A stretch of 64,000 bases of DNA from an uncultured Acidocella sp. (GTDB taxonomy: Bacteria; Pseudomonadota; Alphaproteobacteria; Acetobacterales; Acetobacteraceae): NCBI GenBank assembly GCA_963693045.1, contig OY843765.1, positions 122,831 to 186,830 on the forward strand. The letters run 5' to 3'. The translations under genes and the position numbers were made by a program. The notes below the pieces were generated by a model. It worked only from the letters and a program-made list of their open reading frames with translations. It did no database searches and had not been told where the DNA came from. Below are positions 19,169-28,276 of the stretch, piece after piece. Each line of letters opens with the position of its first letter. Within the stretch, counting starts at the first letter, position 1.

Positions 19169-20310
19169 GGATCACCCGGCAGGGCGCCGGTGAGGTAGTA
19201 GCCCGCCGCGCTGTCCAGCACCTCGTCGGGCGCCGGCTGCCGTAGATAGACCGCGAGGTCGCGGCAGATGCGCTCAGCCGGATGGCGATCTAGAAACGCG
19301 GAAATGCCCAGGCTGCGCTGGGTCAGCCGCATGCCGTCGAGGCACGCCGTCTCCACCGCCAGCCGCGCCGCGTTGACGTAAGCGATAATGGCATCGGGCG
19401 GCGTGTCTTCCAGGCAGGCCCGCAGCGCCGCCTGGCCGGTCCATAGCCGCGCGGTTTCATGGGCAATGACGAGTTGCCCGAACCGGGCGCGCTGGTGTGG
19501 GTCCTGCCCCCGGCCGCGGCGGCACAGCTCGTCACGATGGATGTCGAGCAGGCTGCGTAGCGCCCCGAGCGCCGCCGCCGAGCCGCGCCAGGCGCCGGCG
19601 GAAAACACCGGCTCGCGCAAATAATCGTCCACCGCGCCGATGATCGCCGCCCGCGGAACTTCCATGCCGGTGAAATCGACGCTGCCGGTGATCGCGCCCC
19701 GCATTCCACCGAGTCGGATGGCGCTGGGGACGACCCGCAGCTGCGCCCCGGCCTCGACCAGCAACAGGCGCGGCCCGGCTGGCGTCGCAGCGGTGATGAT
19801 TGCGCGGGTCGCCACGCCGGCACCGGAGCAGAACGCCTTGCCGCCACGCAAACGGAAGCCGGCGCCATCCGCCTCCAGAGCCGCGCCGCCGGCGGCTGGA
19901 TCGGTCACCCAGAGCGCGAACAGGTGCCCAGCCCGGACCGCGGCCGCCGCCGCTTCGGCTTGCGCCGGCTCGCCGTAGCGCAGGATGAGTTGCAGGGCGT
20001 TTACATGCGCCTCGAACAGCCGGGCGATGGCCAGGCTGGCGTCGCCGAGCCGATATAGCAGCCGGTACAACGCCTCCGCGCCGGTGGCACCAATGCCGAA
20101 ATCCATGCCGCCCAATGCCGCCGGCAAGGTCGCCCGCAACAGGCCCTCGGCTTCCAGCAGAGCCATGGCCTGCCTTGGAAAAGTGCCCTGGGCGTCGCAA
20201 ATTTCGGCTTCGGCGCGGATCGCCGGCGTATTGGCGGCAATGCCGCCGAGCAAAGCGCGCTGTTCAGCCAGCAACGGCGTGGCCCGCGGCAACGCCGTCG
20301 ATCCCGCCAT
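19165..20310 (-). CDS. acyl-CoA dehydrogenase-family protein
   Basis: 381 aa with an ACAD-like layout. ATG 20310 overlaps the GT2 gene by 47 nt; an alternative TTG at 20274 would cut the overlap to 11 nt, so the start is uncertain. Confidence 0.75.
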   Translation of the reverse strand: MAGSTALPRATPLLAEQRALLGGIAANTPAIRAEAEICDAQGTFPRQAMALLEAEGLLRATLPAALGGMDFGIGATGAEALYRLLYRLGDASLAIARLFEAHVNALQLILRYGEPAQAEAAAAAVRAGHLFALWVTDPAAGGAALEADGAGFRLRGGKAFCSGAGVATRAIITAATPAGPRLLLVEAGAQLRVVPSAIRLGGMRGAITGSVDFTGMEVPRAAIIGAVDDYLREPVFSAGAWRGSAAALGALRSLLDIHRDELCRRGRGQDPHQRARFGQLVIAHETARLWTGQAALRACLEDTPPDAIIAYVNAARLAVETACLDGMRLTQRSLGISAFLDRHPAERICRDLAVYLRQPAPDEVLDSAAGYYLTGALPGDP

Positions 20311-21343
20311 TGATCAGCTCGTCCCGTAGTGCCGCCGCCTGCCTGGTTTCGCGCTCCAAGTCTGCCACCGCCAGGCGGCGCCGGTGCAGAACCGGGCTCA
20401 GGCGCTGCATCTCGGCCCAGGCGACGCCGAAATAGGGCGCCGACAATGCCGCTTCCATGGTCGCTTCGGGGATCAGCAAATCCTTTGCCAGCGTCGCGCC
20501 GTCCGCATTCGCCAGCCAAAGCCGGCGCAGCGTCGATTTCGCCAGCGCCCGGCGGTAAGCGTCCACCGCCGGTTCCAGGGTGTCGTCGGCCAGCACGTCG
20601 GGCGTCGTCATCCGGCGCTTGATGGTGTCCGCCATGCCGCCGACGGCCCTGCCTTCAAGCCGGCCGGAAACGACAACCGGCGCGTCCCAAACATGGCGGA
20701 CGCGGGCATCGACCAGCCGCAGACGTTCCACCAGGATCCGATCCTCGGCCTGCGCCACGTCGGGCGGCCCGCCGGCGCGGCGCAGCGCGGCGCCGGTCAT
20801 CGCGATCGAGGCGCCGGAATGCTGCTGATGCCGTGGCCAGGGATCGGACGGGTCGGGGTTGATGATGGCGTCGATCTCATCGAGCAGGGTCAGACAGTCG
20901 ACCTCGCGCATGTGGTCGTGATGCAGCCGCACCGGAATGCGCGCCGCATCCTCCGGCTCGACCTCGGCACGGCCGCAAACGACTTCAGCGCCGGCCGCAA
21001 TGGCCGCAAGATTGGCCGCGACCCAGTTCGGGGGCGCGGCACCGTCCGCGTCGGTGGTCAGAATGATACCGTCGCCGGCAATGGCGGCCGCGTGTTGGAG
21101 TGCCAGCCGCCTGGCGCCGCCCGCGGAAGCGTCGATGCCGCTCAAGGTCTTCTCGACCAGATGCAAGCCTGCATAGCCATCTGCGGCGGCGCGAATCCTT
21201 TCGACCGTGCGGTCGATGCAGTTGTTGACGAGCAGCACGATGTCATCTACCGGCGCGGTCTGAGCCAGCAACGCGGTCACACAGCCGGCGATGTGATCCT
21301 CTTCGTCCTTGACGGGGATCGCGACGACAATACGGCTTTTCAA
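20264..21343 (-). CDS. family-2 glycosyltransferase (soluble type)
   Basis: 359 aa with a GT-A N-terminus (IVVAIPVKDEEDHIAGCVTALLAQ...ILTTDADG). Confidence 0.85.
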   Translation of the reverse strand: MKSRIVVAIPVKDEEDHIAGCVTALLAQTAPVDDIVLLVNNCIDRTVERIRAAADGYAGLHLVEKTLSGIDASAGGARRLALQHAAAIAGDGIILTTDADGAAPPNWVAANLAAIAAGAEVVCGRAEVEPEDAARIPVRLHHDHMREVDCLTLLDEIDAIINPDPSDPWPRHQQHSGASIAMTGAALRRAGGPPDVAQAEDRILVERLRLVDARVRHVWDAPVVVSGRLEGRAVGGMADTIKRRMTTPDVLADDTLEPAVDAYRRALAKSTLRRLWLANADGATLAKDLLIPEATMEAALSAPYFGVAWAEMQRLSPVLHRRRLAVADLERETRQAAALRDELINGGIDGVAAGHAVAG

Positions 21344-21370
21344 ATCCTGACTCTGCCCCGCGGTCGCAAC

Positions 21371-21577
21371 TCAATCTTCCAGGTCGGCTGTTTCTTCATC
21401 TTCGTCGGATACCCAGTTGACGCAGCTGAAACATTTGCCCGAGGCCTCGAACTGGCCGCGATCGTCCATCTCGAGCCGATTGCCGCATTGCACGCACCCG
21501 GCTTCGGCGCGCAGCGAGGTCTTCGGCTGCGCGGCGATCCAGTCGAGCGGTAATTTCGCGGTGTCGAGAAAACTCAC
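21371..21577 (-). CDS. small zinc-ribbon protein (CxxC-x17-CxxC), acidic C-terminus
   Basis: 68 aa: CVQC-17 residues-CFSC followed by a DEDEETADLED tail. Lies 27 nt upstream of the GT2 gene on the same strand. No family assignment possible. Confidence 0.5.
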   Translation of the reverse strand: MSFLDTAKLPLDWIAAQPKTSLRAEAGCVQCGNRLEMDDRGQFEASGKCFSCVNWVSDEDEETADLED

Positions 21578-21830
21578 AACAGCTCCTTTTGGCGCTTCGA
21601 ATGCTGAGGCGCGACGAAGTACGTGACAGCATTTGCGCCACGCCGGCGCAGTTTCAACACATTACGGCCATAATCTCGGAGCTTTCCGCCATTTCATCTG
21701 GCGACAACATGAAGAACCCCGGTTTCTCATTTTTGCCAAACGGAGCCTTTGCGCGGCGCCGTTAACGCCCATTTGTTGGGAGTGGAACCGATGGCAGAGT
21801 TGAACGCGCCGATCAGCACCGTGAGCGTCT

Positions 21831-22757
21831 GTGATTGCGCGCCGGCCGCGCAGCGGCGCGGTGCTTCCAGGAACGCCGAACCCTATGCGATCTAGGAGGA
21901 TTGCTCCGGCCGCGCGGATGCGCGCCGACGACAGGCGCGCGACGGTGAAGACGGCGCAGCGGCTGAACCGCTCCTCCGGCATCCTCGCCGCCTCCGTCCT
22001 GTTCGACAGCGCGGTCGAGCATTACCGCGGCGGTTTCTATAATCCGGCGATGGTGACGCCGATCGCGACGTCGTTGGTGGCGCTCGGCGCCAGCCTGCAC
22101 GGGCTGAACGACCACAACGACAACAGGCACCGGCTGCGCGATGCGGTGTTCGGCCTGAGTGCCGCGACCGGCCTGGCGGGCACCGCTTTTCACCTCTACA
22201 ACGTCACCAAAAAAACCGGCGGGTTTTCCTGGCAGAACCTGTTTTATTCGGCGCCGCTCGGCGCGCCGGCGGCGATCGGCCTGTCCGGTCTGTTCGGGCT
22301 GCTGGCGGAACGGGTGCGGGACACGCCGGCGGCGCAGGACCCGAAGTTGCTCGGCCGCGGCGCCGGCCGGATGCTGAGCCTTGCCACCGCCGCCAGCCTG
22401 CTCGGCACCACCGGGGAGGCCGGGTTGCTGCACTTTCGCGGCGCCTTCCACAATCCGGCGATGTTCCTGCCGGTGACGATGCCGCCGGCGGCAGCACTCT
22501 TGATGGCCAATGCGGCGCTCGGCCCGGCCGGTAAAACGCGGCCGTTCACCCGCTTCTGGCTCGGCCTTACCGCGATGATGGGTGTCGCCGGCGTCGGCCT
22601 GCACATCTGGGGCGTGTCGCGCGCTATGGGCGGCTGGCGCAACTGGCGCCAGAACATGGTGGACGGCCCGCCGATCCCGGCGCCGCCCAGCTTTGTCGGC
22701 ATCGCGCTGGCCGGCCTCGCGGCGCTGGCGCTGATGCGGGCGCATCCGGACGACTGA
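21831..22757 (+). CDS. polytopic membrane protein with an internal two-fold repeat, unknown function
   Basis: Hydrophobic helices throughout. The motif EHYRGGFYNPAM...GLAGTAFHLYNV..GGFSWQN recurs as LHFRGAFHNPAM...GVAGVGLHIWGV..GGWRNWRQN. Start uncertain (several in-frame ATGs in the first 30 codons). Confidence 0.6.
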   Translation: MIARRPRSGAVLPGTPNPMRSRRIAPAARMRADDRRATVKTAQRLNRSSGILAASVLFDSAVEHYRGGFYNPAMVTPIATSLVALGASLHGLNDHNDNRHRLRDAVFGLSAATGLAGTAFHLYNVTKKTGGFSWQNLFYSAPLGAPAAIGLSGLFGLLAERVRDTPAAQDPKLLGRGAGRMLSLATAASLLGTTGEAGLLHFRGAFHNPAMFLPVTMPPAAALLMANAALGPAGKTRPFTRFWLGLTAMMGVAGVGLHIWGVSRAMGGWRNWRQNMVDGPPIPAPPSFVGIALAGLAALALMRAHPDD

Positions 22758-22784
22758 CAACAATCAACCGCTAGGAGCGGCATA

Positions 22785-24569
22785 ATGGCGCAGAACGTAT
22801 CGGAATTTGTCTGGAAACGTCTCTCCGACTGGGGCCTGAGCCGGGTGTTCGGCTATCCGGGGGACGGCGTCGGCGGCCTCGACATCGCGCTCGAAAATGC
22901 CAAGGATTATATGCATTACGTGCAGGTGCGGCACGAGGAGATGGGCGCATTCATGGCCTCCGCTCACGCCAAGTTCACCGGCCAGGTCGGGCTTTGCTAC
23001 GCCACCTCCGGCCCCGGCGCGATCCATCTGCTGACCGGGTTGTACGATGCAAAAGCCGACCATGTGCCGGTGGTGGCGATTGTCGGCCAGCAGGCCCGCA
23101 CGGCACTCGGCGCCAGCTATCAGCAGGAAGTCGACCTGCAGAACCTCTTCAAGGACGTCGCCAGCGAATACGTGATGCAGGCCAGCGTGCCGACCCAGAT
23201 CAAGCAACTGATCGACCGCGCCGTGCGGATCGCGCAGACCAAACGCTGCGTGACCTGCGTGATCCTGCCGAACGACCTGCAGCTGATGGACTACGAAGAG
23301 CCGAAGATGGCGCACGGCTATACCACGACCGGCATCGGCTATGCCGGGCCAGCGAAAACACCCGACGCGGCGCTGCTGCAACAGGCCGCGGACGTGCTGA
23401 ACGAGGGCAAGAAGGTCGGCATCCTGGTCGGCGCCGGCGCGCTGCAGGCGACCGACGAGGTGATCGAAGTGGCGAACCGGCTGAACTGCGGGATCGCCAA
23501 GGCCCTGCTCGGCAAGGCGGTGGTGCCGGACGATCTGCCGTTCTGCACCGGCGGCCTCGGCCTGCTCGGCACCAAGCCGAGCTGGGACATGCTGAAAGGC
23601 TGCGACACTTTCTTCGTGATCGGCTCGTCGTTCCCGTACTCGGAGTTTTTGCCGAAGCCCGGCGAGGCGCGGGGCGTGCAGGTCGACATCGACGGCGCCA
23701 ATCTCAGCCTGCGCTACCCGATGGAAGTCAACATGGTCGGCGACAGCGTCGCCACCTTGAAGGCGCTGCTGCCGTTGCTGCACCAGAAGACCGACAATGC
23801 CTGGCGCGAGACAATCGAGAAGAACGTCGAGGAATGGTGGAAGGTCCTCGAGGCGCGGGCCATGCACGAGGCCGATCCGATCAATCCGCAACGGGTGTTC
23901 TGGGAACTCTCGCCGCTGCTGCCGGAGAACACGATCATGACCGGCGATTCCGGTTCGGTCGCGAACTGGTACGCGCGCGACATAAAAATCCGGCGCGGCA
24001 TGATGGGCTCGCTGTCCGGCGGTCTGGCCTCGCTGGGTGCCGGCACGCCTTACGCGATCGCGGCGAAGTTCGCGTACCCGGAGCGGCAGGTCATCGCGTT
24101 CATGGGCGACGGCGCGATGCAGATGAACGGCATCAACGAAATGATCACCGTCAAGAAATATTGGCGCCAATGGGCCTCGCCGAAGTTCATCGTCATGGTC
24201 CTGAACAACGAGGACCTGAACCAGGTGACGTGGGAGGAGCGGGTGCAGCTGGGCGAAGGCAAGACCGAATCCACGCAGGCGATCCCCAGCATTCCCTATG
24301 CAAAATACGCCGAGTTGCTGGGCCTGAAGGGCATCTACTGCGACCGGGCCGAGAACGTCAAAGCCGCCTGGCAGGAGGCGCTGGCCGCGGATTGCCCGGT
24401 GATCCTGGAATTCAAGACCGACCCGAACGTGCCGCCGTTGCCGCCGCATATCAGCTTCAAGGACGCCAAGAACTTCATGTCGATGCTGACGAAGGAGCCG
24501 GAGCTTGGCAGCGTGCTGAAGGAGAGCGCGCGCGAGGTGCTGGCCTCGGTTCTGCCGCATAAGAGCTAG
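22785..24569 (+). CDS. thiamine-pyrophosphate enzyme, pyruvate oxidase / pyruvate:quinone dehydrogenase (PoxB)-like
   Basis: 594 aa. N-terminal Pyr domain (VFGYPGDGV...VRHEEMGAFMASAHAKFTG...ATSGPGAIHL) and TPP-binding GDGAMQMNG...NNEDLN. Confidence 0.85.
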   Translation: MAQNVSEFVWKRLSDWGLSRVFGYPGDGVGGLDIALENAKDYMHYVQVRHEEMGAFMASAHAKFTGQVGLCYATSGPGAIHLLTGLYDAKADHVPVVAIVGQQARTALGASYQQEVDLQNLFKDVASEYVMQASVPTQIKQLIDRAVRIAQTKRCVTCVILPNDLQLMDYEEPKMAHGYTTTGIGYAGPAKTPDAALLQQAADVLNEGKKVGILVGAGALQATDEVIEVANRLNCGIAKALLGKAVVPDDLPFCTGGLGLLGTKPSWDMLKGCDTFFVIGSSFPYSEFLPKPGEARGVQVDIDGANLSLRYPMEVNMVGDSVATLKALLPLLHQKTDNAWRETIEKNVEEWWKVLEARAMHEADPINPQRVFWELSPLLPENTIMTGDSGSVANWYARDIKIRRGMMGSLSGGLASLGAGTPYAIAAKFAYPERQVIAFMGDGAMQMNGINEMITVKKYWRQWASPKFIVMVLNNEDLNQVTWEERVQLGEGKTESTQAIPSIPYAKYAELLGLKGIYCDRAENVKAAWQEALAADCPVILEFKTDPNVPPLPPHISFKDAKNFMSMLTKEPELGSVLKESAREVLASVLPHKS

Positions 24570-24572
24570 GCA

Positions 24573-25214
24573 ATGGCCGAGCCCTATCCTGGCTATGACG
24601 TGCTTTCGAAGCGCAATGGCCTATCATGGAACGAAACCACCCGCCGGGTGATCGCCGCGCGGCTGGCGGTAACGCGAGAGCCGCGGTTTTTCAGTGCCGT
24701 GCGGTGGCGGACGCTGTTACGGCTGTGCGAGCGCATCCTGCCGCAGCCGGCGGACCGGCCGCCGGTCCCGCTGGCGGCCTATGTCGACGAGAAGATGCTG
24801 AGTTCTGGCGCGCACGGCACCAGGATCGCGCCGATGCCCTATGACGGCGATTGCTGGAAGATCGGCCTCGACGCCACCGAGATCGAAGCGCAAGCGGCCC
24901 ATGGTGTCGCATTTCACGACCTGGCGGACGGCGATGCCGACGCGCTGTTGCACCGGATGCAGGACGGCGATTTGCACGATCCCGCCTGGGGCGACGTCGC
25001 CCCGAAACAATTTTTTGCCAAGCGGGTGTTGCCGGACATCACCGGCGCCTATTACGCCCACCCGACAGCCTGGAGCGAGATCGGCTTCGGCGGCCCGGCC
25101 AGTCCCCGCGGCTATGTACGGATGGAGGCCGACCGCCGCGATCCGTGGGAAGCCACGGAAGCGAGGCCAGGCGAGGAAGACAAGGCGCGCGCGGAAAACC
25201 GCCGTGTTCGATAA
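24573..25214 (+). CDS. gluconate 2-dehydrogenase subunit-3-family protein (small subunit of a GMC flavodehydrogenase)
   Basis: 213 aa. The C-terminal AYYAHPTAWSEIGFGGPASPRGY is characteristic of this family. No N-terminal Tat or Sec signal is visible. Confidence 0.8.
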   Translation: MAEPYPGYDVLSKRNGLSWNETTRRVIAARLAVTREPRFFSAVRWRTLLRLCERILPQPADRPPVPLAAYVDEKMLSSGAHGTRIAPMPYDGDCWKIGLDATEIEAQAAHGVAFHDLADGDADALLHRMQDGDLHDPAWGDVAPKQFFAKRVLPDITGAYYAHPTAWSEIGFGGPASPRGYVRMEADRRDPWEATEARPGEEDKARAENRRVR

Positions 25215-25260
25215 CGCGCCGACCGAGTGCCGCGCCTGCGGCGGCCGCGCCCCTGACGTG

Positions 25261-26850
25261 ATGACGCCGGGCGCCTGGGTGCCGATGCGGGAATACCGCG
25301 AAGACGAGGCGGTGGATTTTGTTGTCGTCGGCACCGGCGCCGGCGGCGGCACGCTCGGCGCGCGGCTTGCGGAACTCGGTTTTTCCGTCATCGCCTTCGA
25401 CGCCGGGCCGTATTTCCGCCCGCTCGAGGATTTCGCTTCCGACGAGACCGAGCAGAACAAGCTGTACTGGCTCGACCGCCGGATCGTCGATGGCGAGAAT
25501 CCGTTGACAATGGGCGGCAAGAACAGCGGCAAAGCGGTCGGCGGCAGCATGGTTCATTTCGCCATGGTCTCGCTGCGCTTCCGCCCCGAATGGTTCCAGA
25601 GCCGCACCGCCATGGGCTACGGCGCCGACTGGCCGCTCGATTGGCGCGAGATGTGGCGTTACTACCGGCAGGCCGAACAGGCGCTCAGCATCTCCGGGCC
25701 GGTCACCTATCCCTGGGGGCCGAAGCGGCCGCGCTACCCGTACCGCGCCCACGAGATCAACGCCGCCGGTGCGTTGCTTGCCAAAGGCTGCGAGGCGCAG
25801 GGTTACAAGTGGACCGAGACGCCGCTCGCCACCGTCTCGGCGCCGCGGGGCAAGGCGCCGCCTTGCGTCTATCGCGGCTTCTGCCGCTTCGGCTGTTCCA
25901 CCAACGCCAAGCAGCACACGCTGAACACCTGGATCCCGCGCGGCCTCGCCAAAGGCATGGAAGTGCGCGACCTAGCGATGGTTGGCCGCATCGAGGCCGA
26001 CGAGTCGGGGCAGGCCACCGGCGTGCATTATTTGCGGGACGGCGAATGGCGCTTCCAGAAGGCGCGCAACATCGTCGTCGCCGGCTACGCCATCGAAACG
26101 CCGCGGCTGTTGCTGAATTCCGGGACCGCGCGGTTTCCGGGCGGTCTCGCCAATTCTTCCGGGCTGGTCGGCAAGTATCTGATGACCCAGAGCAACCAGG
26201 CGGTGTTCGGGCGGATGGAAGAGGAGGTGCGCTGGTATAAAGGCCCGCCCTCGCTCACCATTACCGAGCACTGGAATTACGAAGACAAAGCGAAGGATTT
26301 CTTCGGCGGCTATTGCTGGATGGCGCAGGGGCCGTTGCCGATCGAATGGTCCTCGATCCAGACCGGCTCGCGCGGCCTGTGGGGGGAGCGGTTGCGCGAG
26401 GAGATGTTGCACTACAACCACCAGGTCGGCCTCAAGATGGTCGGCGAAACCATGCCGGACCAGCGCAATCAGGTCACGCTGTCGGACGAGAAGGACCAGT
26501 ACGGCCTGCCCGTGCCGCGCATCACCTTCTCCTGGGGCGACAACGACAAGCGGCTGATCAAGCACGCTTTGGCGCAGATGACGGCGAGCATGGAAGCAAT
26601 CGGCGCCAGCGACATCTTCCCGCAGAGCGAGGACGCTAACCACCTCGCCGGCACCGCCCGCATGGGCTTTAACCGCGAGACCAGCGTGGTCGATGCCGAT
26701 TGCCGGAGCTGGGACATTCCGAACCTCTGGGTCTGCGACGGCTCGGTGTTTCCCACAACGGGCGGCGTCAACCCGTCTCTCACCATCCAGGCGATCGCAC
26801 TGCGCACCGCCGACCGGATCAAGGCGATGGCGGGGCGGGGCGAGCTGTGA
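25261..26850 (+). CDS. GMC-family FAD oxidoreductase (large subunit)
   Basis: Starts at ATG 25261 (MTPGAWVPMREY...); an alternative GTG lies at 25204. FAD fingerprint DFVVVGTGAGGGTLGARLAELG. The rest of the track ORF (from 24841) overlaps the previous gene. Confidence 0.85.
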   Translation: MTPGAWVPMREYREDEAVDFVVVGTGAGGGTLGARLAELGFSVIAFDAGPYFRPLEDFASDETEQNKLYWLDRRIVDGENPLTMGGKNSGKAVGGSMVHFAMVSLRFRPEWFQSRTAMGYGADWPLDWREMWRYYRQAEQALSISGPVTYPWGPKRPRYPYRAHEINAAGALLAKGCEAQGYKWTETPLATVSAPRGKAPPCVYRGFCRFGCSTNAKQHTLNTWIPRGLAKGMEVRDLAMVGRIEADESGQATGVHYLRDGEWRFQKARNIVVAGYAIETPRLLLNSGTARFPGGLANSSGLVGKYLMTQSNQAVFGRMEEEVRWYKGPPSLTITEHWNYEDKAKDFFGGYCWMAQGPLPIEWSSIQTGSRGLWGERLREEMLHYNHQVGLKMVGETMPDQRNQVTLSDEKDQYGLPVPRITFSWGDNDKRLIKHALAQMTASMEAIGASDIFPQSEDANHLAGTARMGFNRETSVVDADCRSWDIPNLWVCDGSVFPTTGGVNPSLTIQAIALRTADRIKAMAGRGEL

Positions 26851-27728
26851 ACGTCGAACTGGTGCTGAACGCGCGGGCCACGATCGGCGAATCGCCGACC
26901 TGGGTGGCGGCGGAAAACGCGCTGTACTGGATCGACATCAAGGCGCCGGCGCTGCACCGGCTGAACCTCGGCGGCGGCGAAACCAATCGCTGGCCGTTGC
27001 CGGCGGATATCGGCGCCTTCGCCCTGGACGGCGCGGGCCGGGCTCTGGTCGCCTTGCGGGACGGGCTGTACTGGCTCGATCTCGGCTCCGGCGATCTGCG
27101 GCTGCAAGTCGCCGCGCCGTTCGACCCCGTGCTGATCCGTTTCAACGAAGGCGCTTGCGATTCACGCGGCCGTTTCTGGGTCGGCACCATGACGGATCCG
27201 CCGGCGGGCGTGGAAAGCGACATCACCGGGCTGCTCTACAGCTTTACCGCGGCCGACGGGCTGGTGCCGCATCCGGACTTCGCGTTCATCACCAACGGGA
27301 TGGCCTGGAACGCGGACGAAACCGAATTCTATATCTCGCACAGCAAGCAGCGGGTGATCTACCGATACGAGTACGACCCGGAAACCGGCAAGCTCGGCGC
27401 TAAGGCCGAGTTCGCCCGGCTCATCGACGAGCCGGGCATCCCGGATGGCGCCGCGATCGATGCCGAGGGCGGCTACTGGTGCGCCGTCCACGGCGGCGGC
27501 TGCCTGCACCGCTATGCGCCGGATGGCACCCTGGACCTCATCGTGGAGCTGCCGGTCAGCCAGCCGACGATGTGCTGTTTCGCCGGCGCCGACCTGGCCA
27601 CGCTCTACATCACCAGCGCGCGCGAGAAGCTGGACGGCGCGGCGCTCGAACAGGAACCGTTTGCCGGCGGCTTGTTTCGCCTCAGGCCGCCGGTTGCCGG
27701 TCAGCAGAAACACTGGAAGATCGGCTGA
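26847..27728 (+). CDS. SMP-30/gluconolactonase/LRE-family lactonase
   Basis: The GTG start overlaps the GMC stop (GTGA). Beta-propeller family sequence (ESPTWVAAENALYWIDI...PDGAAIDAEGGYW...LYITSA). Confidence 0.85.
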   Translation: MNVELVLNARATIGESPTWVAAENALYWIDIKAPALHRLNLGGGETNRWPLPADIGAFALDGAGRALVALRDGLYWLDLGSGDLRLQVAAPFDPVLIRFNEGACDSRGRFWVGTMTDPPAGVESDITGLLYSFTAADGLVPHPDFAFITNGMAWNADETEFYISHSKQRVIYRYEYDPETGKLGAKAEFARLIDEPGIPDGAAIDAEGGYWCAVHGGGCLHRYAPDGTLDLIVELPVSQPTMCCFAGADLATLYITSAREKLDGAALEQEPFAGGLFRLRPPVAGQQKHWKIG

Positions 27729-27740
27729 CCGCCGGGTTTT

Positions 27741-28148
27741 TCAAATGAGCGCCGGGTTGCCGGCGTAGTAGCTGTCGATGTCGTTGCTGTAGCTGGTCGA
27801 GTTCCACACCGCGTCGTCGGTATAGGCTGGCGCCGCCTCCAGCACCTTGCGATCGATGTCGATCACATAGCCGCCGCGCATTTCGTCGTAGCTGAGCCGG
27901 TTCCAGGGTAGTGGATGGTACTTCTCGCCGAGGCCCAGAAAGCCGCCGAGAAAGCCCCCGAACGACATCACCGCGAAGCTGACCTGCCCACTCCGCTTGT
28001 CGATCATCACCGAATGGATCGTGCCGAGCATGTCGCCGCCGGTGTTGTAAACATTGGTGCCCTGCACCTTGTCGGCAGCGATCAGGGCGGCCGTCTCCCG
28101 CTCATTGGAAATGCTGGCCGCGGGTTGTATCGAGGAAAAGCTGCTCAT
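27741..28148 (-). CDS. PRC-barrel domain protein
   Basis: 135 aa. LIAADKVQGTNVYNTGGDMLGTIHSVMIDKRSGQVSFAVMSFGG is typical of PRC-barrel proteins. Confidence 0.8.
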   Translation of the reverse strand: MSSFSSIQPAASISNERETAALIAADKVQGTNVYNTGGDMLGTIHSVMIDKRSGQVSFAVMSFGGFLGGFLGLGEKYHPLPWNRLSYDEMRGGYVIDIDRKVLEAAPAYTDDAVWNSTSYSNDIDSYYAGNPALI

Positions 28149-28276
28149 GGTCGCTCCTATCCGTGATCTCCAATTATTATACTCGTTTCGCTCGCCATGT
28201 TGTCATACCGGCGCTTGAAAGTTATTTAACCGTTGGCACGGGCCATCTGCCGCGCGCCGGCTGCAAGAGGAACGTG

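Noticed and set aside
28233-28250. Sigma-54-like TGGCAC...TGC sequence (ttggcacgggccatctgc) upstream of the MFS gene.
   Set aside because: The GG-to-GC spacing is 2 nt longer than in the TGGCACG-N4-TTGC consensus, and no enhancer-binding-protein gene is nearby.
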